From assembly GCA_964558645.1 (NCBI GenBank), contig CAZLEV010000009.1, forward strand, positions 108,249-142,042: a stretch of DNA of 33,794 nucleotides. Reading direction: 5' to 3'. Source of the stretch: an uncultured archaeon (lineage in GTDB: Archaea > Asgardarchaeota > Thorarchaeia > Thorarchaeales > Thorarchaeaceae). The notes under the pieces were generated by a model that had not been told where the DNA came from, did no database searches, and was given only the letters and a program-made list of their open reading frames with translations. Shown piece by piece: positions 7,847-16,580 of the stretch. Made by a program: the position numbers and the translations under genes. Position 1 is the stretch's first letter. Every line of letters begins with the position of its first letter.

Positions 7847-10774
7847 GTGAAGCCTGAAGAACTGGATGCAATTGTGATAAGCGAGACTCATTGGGATAGG
7901 GCATGGTATCGGACTTTCGAGGAGTTCAGACTACGCCTGGTCGAACTGGTTGATAAACTGTTTCTGATTCTAGAGAGCAACCCCGACTTCACCCACTACA
8001 CATTCGACGGCCAGACCATCGTACTCGAGGACTATCTTGAGGTGAAGCCGCAAGAGAGGAGTAGACTAGAGAGATTCATAGGAAACGGCAGGATTCTAGT
8101 AGGCCCGTGGTATGTCCTCCCTGATGTCTTCCTTGTATCGGGGGAGTCATTGATTCGTAATCTTCTGATGGGCAGGCGGATTGCGCAAGAATTTGGCCAA
8201 GTAATGGATGTCGGATACATACCCGATCCCTTCGGTCTTGTTAGCCAACTCCCACAAATAGTATCACAGTTTGGTTACGATTCTATTATCTTTGCACGTG
8301 GAACGGGCGACGAAGTGGATGAGCTTGGCTCAGAGTTCATCTGGAAGGCACCAGATGGTTCCGATGTCATGGCGCATTGGCTACCACTATCTTATGGAAA
8401 CATAGCCTGGCTCCCGCCAGATGTAGATGATGCAGTATCTGTGATTGAAGGCGTGTTGGACGAACTTCAACAAAGGTCCGTCATCAAGACTTGTCTGCTC
8501 ATGAACGGCTCAGATCACTTGGAGCCACAGGAACATCTTCCTGAAGTGATCAGGACGTACAACCAGAAACATGACAAGAATCTGGTCTTGGGAACGCTTC
8601 CAATGTTTGCTGAGCTGATGCGAGAAAAGAGAAATCATCTTCAGACATTCAGTGGAGAGTTCAGACGATCCAAACACCAAAACTTGCTTTCGGGAGTGTA
8701 CTCTGCCCGTGTATACCTCAAGCAGTCCAATGAAGCAACTCAACGGTTCCTTGAGCGCTGGGTTGAGCCCTGGAACGTGTGTCGATTTGTTCAGAATCGC
8801 AAGTACCCTCTAGATGAGATACGACAGGCTTGGAAATACCTTCTCAAGAACCACCCTCATGATGATATCTGCGGCTGCAGCATAGATGAAGTTCATGAGG
8901 ATATGATGCAGCGGTTCAGGTGGACACTAGAGATTGGAGATGCGTTGCTCACATCTGCCTTCGAGGACCTGAGGGCCTCGCTCCAAAACGACACGCCAAG
9001 TATCATAGTCTTCAACCCGATTCCGCGAGAGCGACATGGGATAGCCCTTATTGAAACACCACTCTCGGACCTTCGATACAGCAGACTCCATGATTTTCAA
9101 CTGGTTGACCCCACACTACAGGCGGACTCGCCCTTGGAAGCAGCGAAGAACGAGGTCCATGTTAGTTTCGTACGAAGTCAGGGATTTGAACCGACGCCGA
9201 TGGAGACCCGAGAGATCAGAAAAGGAGGAGAAACTCTCACCGAATACGAGTTTGACTTTTCGGGCTTTGCAGCTCTCTTCCCACAACTCAAGGACTCCCT
9301 GAAACATCTCTCAACCGCTTATCGGATACGAGTGAACAGTGAAAGCAAAGTCGTGGAGGTCTGGGTGCGAAAGCATGATGCCGAGAATCAGATGCATGGA
9401 GAACTCTGTCTGACAGATAGCGAAGGGAGTGAAGTTCCGGTTCAACTTGTTGACTCTGAAACAAGAACAGATCCAGAGGGCAGATTGGTTGCAGATTTCG
9501 AAGAATTCAGGACATATGCTGTAATGGCAGATGGAGTGCCTGGCCTGGGGTTCAAGCGATATGACATCTCGCTCAAGACAGATGCACCCGAACTAGAGAT
9601 GGAAGAGAAGGTTACCTGTTCTGCGAACTGTCTTGAGAATACTCTGGTCAAAGTCGAGATAGGTGACCGAGGGAGAATGAAACTCACTGACAAACGGAAT
9701 GGTGAGGTCTATGCCGGGCTGCTCTGTTTTGAAGATAGTGGGGATATTGGCGATGAGTACGACTACGGTCCGATACCGAACGACGCCAGCATAAGATTCG
9801 AAGATATCGAGGTGCATCGGTCCGTGGGCAACACGGGGCCCCTCGTTGGCTCAATCATCATATCCGGCGAGCTGAGTCTACCCGTTTCGGCTAATCCAAA
9901 TCGAACAGGGAGAACCGATGAATATGTGCAGTGTGAGTTTGTCACGGAGGTTGAATTACACGCAAACAGTCCAACGATAAGGGTGACAACCGAGGTTGAC
10001 AATCGGGCCGAAGACCACAGGCTTAGGATGCTATTTCCCACAGGGACAGATGCAGAGACCGTCTTCGCTGACACTACATTCGATGTAATCGAAAGACCAA
10101 CGCGTCCCGAAGAGCATCCAGACTGGTATCAACCCACTGTTCCGACTTACCCCATGCGAAGCTTCGTCAGTCTCAGTTCTAGCTCACGAGGACTGGTAAT
10201 AACAACTCGAGGCTTGCAGGAATTTGAGGTCTTGGATGAAAAAGGTGCTACCATAGCAATAACCCTCGTACGTGCTGTGGGATGGCTATCGAGGATGGGA
10301 ATGCTGACCCGACGGGAGGCCGCAGGGCCTGTGCTGGAAACGCCTGGTGCACAATGCCAGGGCTGGAATGCATACGAGTTCTCTATTACGCCACACCAAA
10401 GCAACTGGTTTGATTCAGAAATACATGTCACATCAGAGAAGTATCTCATCCCAATGACGGGGGAGTTCGCCCCCGCAGGAGTGCCCACGAATGAGACCTC
10501 GGAGAGGGGCTTTCTTACTGTAGAGCCAGCCTGCATCAATCTCTCAGCATGCAAGCTCTCTGAAGATGGAGAGGGTGTCATAGTACGCGTCTGGAATGTT
10601 TCAGGTCAAGAGCAGGAGTGTTCTCTCAGAACTGGGTTCGATTTCGCTGAGGTATCGGCTGTGTGGGCAGATGAAACGCCGAATGAAGAAATTGAAATCA
10701 AGAGTGTCGAGAGAGAGGTGGGATTCCACATCAGAGCAAGGCAGATAGTCACACTGGCATTCAAGCTCAAATGA
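7847..10774 (+). CDS. Glycoside hydrolase family 38 alpha-mannosidase (MngB/mannosylglycerate hydrolase-like)
   Basis: THWDRAW zinc ligands, FDGQ, VGPWYVLPD, nucleophile YIPDPFG, NGSDH, HPHDDICGCS. GTG start with GGTGA RBS. Confidence 0.92.
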   Translation: MKPEELDAIVISETHWDRAWYRTFEEFRLRLVELVDKLFLILESNPDFTHYTFDGQTIVLEDYLEVKPQERSRLERFIGNGRILVGPWYVLPDVFLVSGESLIRNLLMGRRIAQEFGQVMDVGYIPDPFGLVSQLPQIVSQFGYDSIIFARGTGDEVDELGSEFIWKAPDGSDVMAHWLPLSYGNIAWLPPDVDDAVSVIEGVLDELQQRSVIKTCLLMNGSDHLEPQEHLPEVIRTYNQKHDKNLVLGTLPMFAELMREKRNHLQTFSGEFRRSKHQNLLSGVYSARVYLKQSNEATQRFLERWVEPWNVCRFVQNRKYPLDEIRQAWKYLLKNHPHDDICGCSIDEVHEDMMQRFRWTLEIGDALLTSAFEDLRASLQNDTPSIIVFNPIPRERHGIALIETPLSDLRYSRLHDFQLVDPTLQADSPLEAAKNEVHVSFVRSQGFEPTPMETREIRKGGETLTEYEFDFSGFAALFPQLKDSLKHLSTAYRIRVNSESKVVEVWVRKHDAENQMHGELCLTDSEGSEVPVQLVDSETRTDPEGRLVADFEEFRTYAVMADGVPGLGFKRYDISLKTDAPELEMEEKVTCSANCLENTLVKVEIGDRGRMKLTDKRNGEVYAGLLCFEDSGDIGDEYDYGPIPNDASIRFEDIEVHRSVGNTGPLVGSIIISGELSLPVSANPNRTGRTDEYVQCEFVTEVELHANSPTIRVTTEVDNRAEDHRLRMLFPTGTDAETVFADTTFDVIERPTRPEEHPDWYQPTVPTYPMRSFVSLSSSSRGLVITTRGLQEFEVLDEKGATIAITLVRAVGWLSRMGMLTRREAAGPVLETPGAQCQGWNAYEFSITPHQSNWFDSEIHVTSEKYLIPMTGEFAPAGVPTNETSERGFLTVEPACINLSACKLSEDGEGVIVRVWNVSGQEQECSLRTGFDFAEVSAVWADETPNEEIEIKSVEREVGFHIRARQIVTLAFKLK

Positions 10775-10787
10775 GGAGAGCTCGGTA

Positions 10788-11510
10788 TTGGTATCCATTT
10801 CAAGTCGACAATCAATCGCAGAGGACTTCGCACCGATCCTCCATTTCCATCCCGAGGAGGGAACTTTCTGCTGCTTCCCCTCTGATCCTGAGAAAGTATA
10901 CGAAGAATATGAAAATGATTGGTCACGGTTCCAAGGTGAACGTGTCCCCAATGCACTTGATTCATCCGTACCATGTTACTACGAATGCTGGCAAAGAGAG
11001 CAGTTTCTGCATCTCCGTTACTGGTTCTGGTACAACTACAATAGGTTCCCCGGCGGACGATTTGGGATTGGAGAACACATCGGGGACTGGGAGCATGTGG
11101 AGATTCGATGGTTCCCAGATTATGAAGGAGAAGAAGCAATACTGTGGTTGTTATCCAATCACCTTGAGTTCAGGCAGGCCTCTCAACCCATTTGCTTCAA
11201 ACTATCAGGGTATCCGACGACACCGCCAATCCTCACTGAGCATCAGATTCATGTATGGATTGCGCTGGGCTCACATGCCATCTACCCGGCACATGACAGC
11301 AGACCCTATTGCTTCGCGAAAGTGTGGTGTGATGTAATCGGAGAGGGAGGTGCAATATGGAACACACGACCGACACTCTCTCCGCTTACAGGAGCGAAAT
11401 TCTCCACTTACGAAGGGCGTTGGGGTAATGACAAGTCGCCTAGAAGTCCCACGAATAGATACAACAACCCGTGGAGAAATGCACCGAACCAGAGTCCGGT
11501 GAGAACTTGA
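10788..11510 (+). CDS. Vps62-related protein
   Basis: FAPILHFHPEE, YWFWYNYN, HIGDWEHVEI, LSNH, ALGSHAIY, YEGRWG..P are the Vps62/NPP1-like motifs. GAGGAG RBS, TTG start, no signal peptide. Confidence 0.75.
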   Translation: MVSISSRQSIAEDFAPILHFHPEEGTFCCFPSDPEKVYEEYENDWSRFQGERVPNALDSSVPCYYECWQREQFLHLRYWFWYNYNRFPGGRFGIGEHIGDWEHVEIRWFPDYEGEEAILWLLSNHLEFRQASQPICFKLSGYPTTPPILTEHQIHVWIALGSHAIYPAHDSRPYCFAKVWCDVIGEGGAIWNTRPTLSPLTGAKFSTYEGRWGNDKSPRSPTNRYNNPWRNAPNQSPVRT

Positions 11511-11527
11511 CCTCATCTCTGCTGTAT

Positions 11528-12058
11528 TCAGTCGTTCTCCGTATTCGATGGTTTCCACGGGTCCAGTCTTGGAATCCATCTGGGAACATTCTCCGAGTAT
11601 CGGACATAGTCATCTCCGAATCTATCCCTCAAGTCGGGCTCCTCATAGACTACGAAGTAGATGTGGTTGCCAAGCCAGAAAACTAGGAGCCAGATGAGTA
11701 GAACTAGAGAACCAAACATGACTGTTTCGGCCAGAAGAACCAACAGGACTCCTGTAATCATAGGATTTCGAACATGAGCATAGATACTGCAAGTTATGAC
11801 TTTCCTAGGAGGATCCCATGGAGCTAGGGTACCAGCACCAATCGCAGAGAACAGCTTGTTGGCTTTCAGGATGAGCAACACACCTAAGAAAAGGACGCTA
11901 GATGCGAACGCGAGAGTGACTATGTTGGCGGGAAATGGAAGTGTCAGGGGCGGACTCAAATCCCCTGTAAGAGAGACCAAGGCTATGGGGATTATGACAA
12001 GGACGACAATCGGGAGCGCCAAGACGGCCTTCAGATGTCGTTTCCACGAGATGATCAG
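11528..12058 (-). CDS. Isoprenylcysteine carboxyl methyltransferase / phospholipid methyltransferase (ICMT/PEMT) family membrane protein
   Basis: Multiple TM segments, GTLAPWDPP, YAHVRNPM, EEPDL..RFGDDY..Y...VPRWIPR. The ORF track starts at TTG 12022, but the frame is open upstream to CTG 12058, which overlaps the nadB stop. Confidence 0.85.
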   Translation of the reverse strand: MIISWKRHLKAVLALPIVVLVIIPIALVSLTGDLSPPLTLPFPANIVTLAFASSVLFLGVLLILKANKLFSAIGAGTLAPWDPPRKVITCSIYAHVRNPMITGVLLVLLAETVMFGSLVLLIWLLVFWLGNHIYFVVYEEPDLRDRFGDDYVRYSENVPRWIPRLDPWKPSNTEND

Positions 12059-13668
12059 TCACCTCTTGGAGAGTCCGAAACAGGAAGATATCCCTTTTTC
12101 AAGATCGTGTCCACCGTTTCATCTGATTCTTCAGGATGGTCCAGATTGTAGTGTGTGCCTCTGCTCTCCTTTCTCATCCGAGCCATGCGAATGATGAGTT
12201 CGGCAACTGTGGCAATGTTCCTGAGTTCGACGAGATCAGGGGTTATCTTGAAGTCCCAATAGAATTGGTTTATCTCCTTAGACAGCAGATCGATACGATT
12301 CCTTGCTCTTATCAGGCGCTTACGTGAACGAACGATTCCCACGTAGTTCATCATAAGCCTCCTGATCTCATCCCAGGTATGTGTGACAACAATCATCTCA
12401 TCAGGATCAGTGGCCTCACCGGGATCCCATGGCGGTATCAGGTCAGCACGAATGGGCTTGTCGAGATAGCTCTCGGCAGTGTCTGCCGCATAGTACGCCA
12501 TCGCGGCCCCTTCAAGAAGTGAGTTTGAAGCCATCCTGTTTGCTCCGTGAAAACCTGTTCCAGCAGACTCGCCAATCACGAATAGCCTGTCGACATCAGT
12601 TCGACCAGCAGCATCAGCCTTCACACCGCCACACATATAGTGAACAGCGGGAACCACGGGAATCGGCTCTTCGGTTATGTCTATGCCTGTCCTCAGACAT
12701 GTCTCATGAATCATCGGAAACCGGTACCGCACGAACTCTGGGTCCTTGAATGAGATATCTAAGTGGACGAAATCTGCCCCCTTTCTCTTCATCTGGTGGT
12801 CAATCGCTCGAGCCACTATGTCACGGGGCGCAAGCTCGGCATCTGGATGATAATCAGGCATGAATCTCTCACCTTCGGGTCCGAGCAACACTGCACCCTC
12901 GCCTCTCAGGGCTTCAGAAATCAGAAACGATTGGGACGTGCCTGTTGGATCGTAGAGAAGCGTGGGATGGAACTGGATGAACTCCATGTTGGTGATGGTG
13001 GCACCTGCTCGATATGCCATGGCGATTCCATCACCTGTGGCATGTTCGGGATTGCTGGTATAAAGGAACACCTTCCCGGCTCCACCGGTGGCAAGTATTG
13101 TCGCTCGAGCGGCAAATCGTTTGACAATTCTCTCCTTAGTGTCCAGCACATATGCACCAAGAACAGAATTGTTGCGCTGTACGAGATTGACAGCCATATG
13201 ATCCTCAAAGACAGTGATATTCCCGGAAGTCTTGACTGCATCCGTCAGTGCCCTCATTATATCGGCACCAGTGTGATCCTTGACATGAAGGACCCGTCTA
13301 TGAGAATGACCGCCTTCAAGACCCAGCTCATACTCATCACATGACGGGTCCTTGCAGAAGTCAACTCCAAGTGAAGCAAGATCACTGATGGCTCTTGGGC
13401 CCATGCGTACTATCTGCTCCACCACATCCTTGTGACAAAGACCGCTCCCAACTCGGAGGGTATCGTCCACATGAGAAAGAATCGAGTCTTCGTCCGATAT
13501 TACGGCAGCGATGCCCCCCTGAGCCCGGGAAGTGGCACATTCATACATCTTCCTCTTGGTGAGCAACGATACAGTACCCTTTTTCGCAGATTCCAAAGAG
13601 AACATGAGACCGGCTATGCCTGTTCCAATCACCAAGAAATCAGATTTGCAGATTTCCTCAGACATCAT
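12055..13668 (-). CDS. nadB: L-aspartate oxidase
   Basis: DFLVIGTGIAG FAD motif, AQGGIAA, LEGGHSHRRVLH, EFIQFHPT, LISEALRGEG, ELAPRDIVARAI, HYMCGG, HGANRMASNSLLE, RKESRGTHY. Real start is likely MMSEE at 13668/13665 rather than 13869. Confidence 0.93.
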   Translation of the reverse strand: MMSEEICKSDFLVIGTGIAGLMFSLESAKKGTVSLLTKRKMYECATSRAQGGIAAVISDEDSILSHVDDTLRVGSGLCHKDVVEQIVRMGPRAISDLASLGVDFCKDPSCDEYELGLEGGHSHRRVLHVKDHTGADIMRALTDAVKTSGNITVFEDHMAVNLVQRNNSVLGAYVLDTKERIVKRFAARATILATGGAGKVFLYTSNPEHATGDGIAMAYRAGATITNMEFIQFHPTLLYDPTGTSQSFLISEALRGEGAVLLGPEGERFMPDYHPDAELAPRDIVARAIDHQMKRKGADFVHLDISFKDPEFVRYRFPMIHETCLRTGIDITEEPIPVVPAVHYMCGGVKADAAGRTDVDRLFVIGESAGTGFHGANRMASNSLLEGAAMAYYAADTAESYLDKPIRADLIPPWDPGEATDPDEMIVVTHTWDEIRRLMMNYVGIVRSRKRLIRARNRIDLLSKEINQFYWDFKITPDLVELRNIATVAELIIRMARMRKESRGTHYNLDHPEESDETVDTILKKGYLPVSDSPRGD

Positions 13669-13919
13669 CCAAATGATCACCCATTGCAGAGGGCACAGTG
13701 ACCGGAAGCATGGCCGAACTCTTTCCTCTACAGTACCGGTACCGAGTCCGGTAATGATTGTAAAAGTTGTGGTAGGCCATGGAGTCGAAGGGACCGCGTT
13801 GACGATGCAGCATGACTTATCAGGAGGTCTTCTGTGCAAGCCATGCAGGCCTTTCCACCAATGACACATTTAATAATCGCCGATACTCGACCAAGTAGTA
13901 GTAATAGGAGATATTATCA

Positions 13920-14819
13920 GTGAACATCGAAGGCGTTGTCATCTTCGAGGCGACATCAGGCATTCCTCTGTTCTCGAAACTGAGGAGTGGGATGGATGAG
14001 TCACTCTTCTCGAGTTTCGTTACGGCGGTAAGGCACTTCTCCAACGAACTTGCCTTGGGAGGACTCTGTAGCTTCGCCACTGATGAGAAGGTGATTTTTC
14101 TCTCCCAGAACGACAAGACCGTCACTGCCCTGATCACCACAAAGAGCCCCGAGTTCGAAGAAACCCTGGAACTGGCCCAGGAGATAGGAAAGCAGTTTGA
14201 GCAAAACTACCAGATACCGATTCGACCACAGCCCTTGCAGTTCACAGAGTTTGGACCGTTTGTTGATGATATGCTCAAACGTGTCAAGAATCCCTTCCTG
14301 AACCGAGTGGCACAATTTGCACACAAGGAGTACGGAGGGTCGATATCACTGAAGACCCGTCTTCTGAAAGAGTCAGGAGCAGAGGGAATCATTGACGTGC
14401 TTGTCAATCATCCGCAGAAATCAGCAGATGATGACGGACGTGGAGCGTCAGACGAACTCACAATGAGTACCTATTCTCAGAATTTCACCTTTGTGAAGGC
14501 TATTGATGATATGGCAACTCGAGGGGCAGTAATCGACTTCATAGACAGCGTCGATAGCTACGGTGTCCGCGTCATGAAGAAGGACAAACTGGAGTTCAGA
14601 CCATATTTCCCCAATCGAGCAGTGATAGTGGCTCGCGACTACGCAGACGACGTGTGGGACTTCATTGAGAAACTCCCAAAGGAAGATGGCACCCCTTACT
14701 TAGATGGAAATCATGTGTATGCTGGTTTCAAAATCAAACGAGCATCAGCAGACACGAGATGTACACTTGAGTTCTGGCGCTGGCGCGACAATGGTCCTCC
14801 TGATAAGCTCGTGAGATGA
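13920..14819 (+). CDS. Longin/roadblock-like N-terminal domain fused to a putative degenerate Mrr-like (PD-D/ExK fold) domain
   Basis: N-terminus VVIFEATSGIPLFSKL...DESLFSSFVTAVRHFSNEL is typical of Asgard longin-like domains. C-terminal half ESGAEGIIDVLV...FVKAID...AVIDFIDSVD...RAVIVARDY resembles Mrr_cat topology. AGGAG RBS, GTG start. Confidence 0.55.
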   Translation: MNIEGVVIFEATSGIPLFSKLRSGMDESLFSSFVTAVRHFSNELALGGLCSFATDEKVIFLSQNDKTVTALITTKSPEFEETLELAQEIGKQFEQNYQIPIRPQPLQFTEFGPFVDDMLKRVKNPFLNRVAQFAHKEYGGSISLKTRLLKESGAEGIIDVLVNHPQKSADDDGRGASDELTMSTYSQNFTFVKAIDDMATRGAVIDFIDSVDSYGVRVMKKDKLEFRPYFPNRAVIVARDYADDVWDFIEKLPKEDGTPYLDGNHVYAGFKIKRASADTRCTLEFWRWRDNGPPDKLVR

Positions 14820-14835
14820 GAAGGGGAGTGAGCAC

Positions 14836-16464
14836 CTACGGCTCACTCATGTAATCGTACTCAACACCTGTTGGAGGAACGAAGTTCTCCTTGATTGAAC
14901 GCGGCGAAACCCAACGAATCAGGTTGAACTTGCTGCCTGCCTTGTCATTTGTCCCCGACTTCCTTGCTCCTCCAAAAGGTTGCCTACCAACTACTGCACC
15001 TGTGGGCTTGTCGTTCACGTATGCGTTCCCTGCAGCATCGCGCAGAATATCCAGTGCTAATGAAATTGCCTTCCTGCTACGCGCGAACACTGCCCCAGTG
15101 AGACCATAAGGAGACGTCTCGTCACAGAGATGAAGCATCTGTTCATACTGGTCATCAGGATAGATGTAGATGGTCAATACCGGCCCAAAGATCTCCTCTT
15201 CCATGAGCTTGGCCTTCGGATTAGTAGTCAAGACAAGGGTGGGCTCCACGAAGTAGCCCTTTGAGGCATCATGTGAGCCTCCCTTGATGATCTCCATGTC
15301 GTCTGATTCTCGAGCATCGTCTATGTAGCTGACGATATTGTCATAAGCCGCCCTGTCTATGACTGCTCCCGTGAAGGTTGTGAAGTCCTCTGGATCGCCC
15401 ATCTTGATCTCATCAAGAGTCTTCTCTAGACCCTCTCGAACTTCTGGCCACAAAGACTCGGGAATATAGGTCCTCGATGCAGCAGAGCATTTCTGTCCTG
15501 AGTATTCAAAAGCACCCCGAACAAGTGCCGTCACCAATGGTTCAACTTCAGCTGTCTCGTGGGCAACTACGAAGTCTTTTCCTCCCGTTTCCCCGACGAG
15601 ACGAGGATAGGTACGATAGACATCTATATTCTCACCCACTGTCCGCCACATATGATTGAAGGTGCTGGTTGAGCCTGTGAAGTGAATGCCTGCAAGTGCA
15701 GGATGTGAGAGAGCATGCTTGCCAACCTTCGACCCCGGCCCGGGAACATAGTTGACGACCCCTGGAGGTACGCCAGCTTTGAGCAGCACACGCATGATTT
15801 GCCAAGTCGGATAGACGGCTGAAGAGGCAGGCTTCCACAAGGACACATTTCCCATCATGGCCGGTGCGGTTGGAAGATTTCCCATGATGCTAATGAAGTT
15901 GAAGGGAGTCACTGCAAAGATGAACCCCTCGAGCGGTCGATAGTCGATATAGTTCCACTCACCGGGCCCAGAAGTGACCTGATCACGATAGATGTCGGTC
16001 ATGTAGAACGCATTGAAACGAAGAAAATCGATCAGCTCCACTGTATCAATCTCTGCTTGATATACAGTCTTGCCGATACCCAGCATCGCCGCAGCATTCA
16101 ATCTTGCTCGGTATGGACCGGCCATGAGGTCTGCTGCCTTCATGAAAATCGCGGCCCGGTCATACCAAGGGGTTGACACCCAGCTCTGTCTCGCTCCGAG
16201 AGCGGCCTGTATGGCATCTTCAACTTCACTCTCGCCTGCATTGTGAAATTCTGCAAGGATTGTGGCGTGGTCATGTGGCATGACAGAGGGCCTTAAATCG
16301 TCAGTCGTCACCTCTTCCCCCCCGATGATTAAGGGAATCTCAATCTTCTCGCTCTTCAGATTGTCGAGCTCTTCGCGAAGACGTTCGCGTTCAGGGCTTC
16401 CCGGCAGGTAGTCTTTCACAGGTTCATTTTTCGGCTGCTCTATGTAGTACTTTGTACCCGGCAT
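14836..16464 (-). CDS. pruA: 1-pyrroline-5-carboxylate (L-glutamate gamma-semialdehyde) dehydrogenase, ALDH4 type
   Basis: PKNEPVKDYLPGSPER, YRPLEGFIFAVTPFNF, FTGST, catalytic GETGGK and SGQKCSA, EEIFGP, QPFGGARKSGTNDKAG. Start likely MPGTK at 16464. Confidence 0.93.
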   Translation of the reverse strand: MPGTKYYIEQPKNEPVKDYLPGSPERERLREELDNLKSEKIEIPLIIGGEEVTTDDLRPSVMPHDHATILAEFHNAGESEVEDAIQAALGARQSWVSTPWYDRAAIFMKAADLMAGPYRARLNAAAMLGIGKTVYQAEIDTVELIDFLRFNAFYMTDIYRDQVTSGPGEWNYIDYRPLEGFIFAVTPFNFISIMGNLPTAPAMMGNVSLWKPASSAVYPTWQIMRVLLKAGVPPGVVNYVPGPGSKVGKHALSHPALAGIHFTGSTSTFNHMWRTVGENIDVYRTYPRLVGETGGKDFVVAHETAEVEPLVTALVRGAFEYSGQKCSAASRTYIPESLWPEVREGLEKTLDEIKMGDPEDFTTFTGAVIDRAAYDNIVSYIDDARESDDMEIIKGGSHDASKGYFVEPTLVLTTNPKAKLMEEEIFGPVLTIYIYPDDQYEQMLHLCDETSPYGLTGAVFARSRKAISLALDILRDAAGNAYVNDKPTGAVVGRQPFGGARKSGTNDKAGSKFNLIRWVSPRSIKENFVPPTGVEYDYMSEP

Positions 16465-16580
16465 CTCAATCACTTTAACTATCGTTATTGTAGGTTGGCT
16501 CATGTCCCCAGTTAAGTCTTGGCTTCTGGCAATCAACGGCAGCAACGTGTCTGCTGGCCTTGAGAGCCCACAACCTTTGC

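Noticed and set aside
13669-13869. 67-aa N-terminal extension of NadB in the ORF track
   Set aside because: It has no NadB-like character. The FAD-binding motif begins just after MMSEE at 13668, so the region is better read as a leader.
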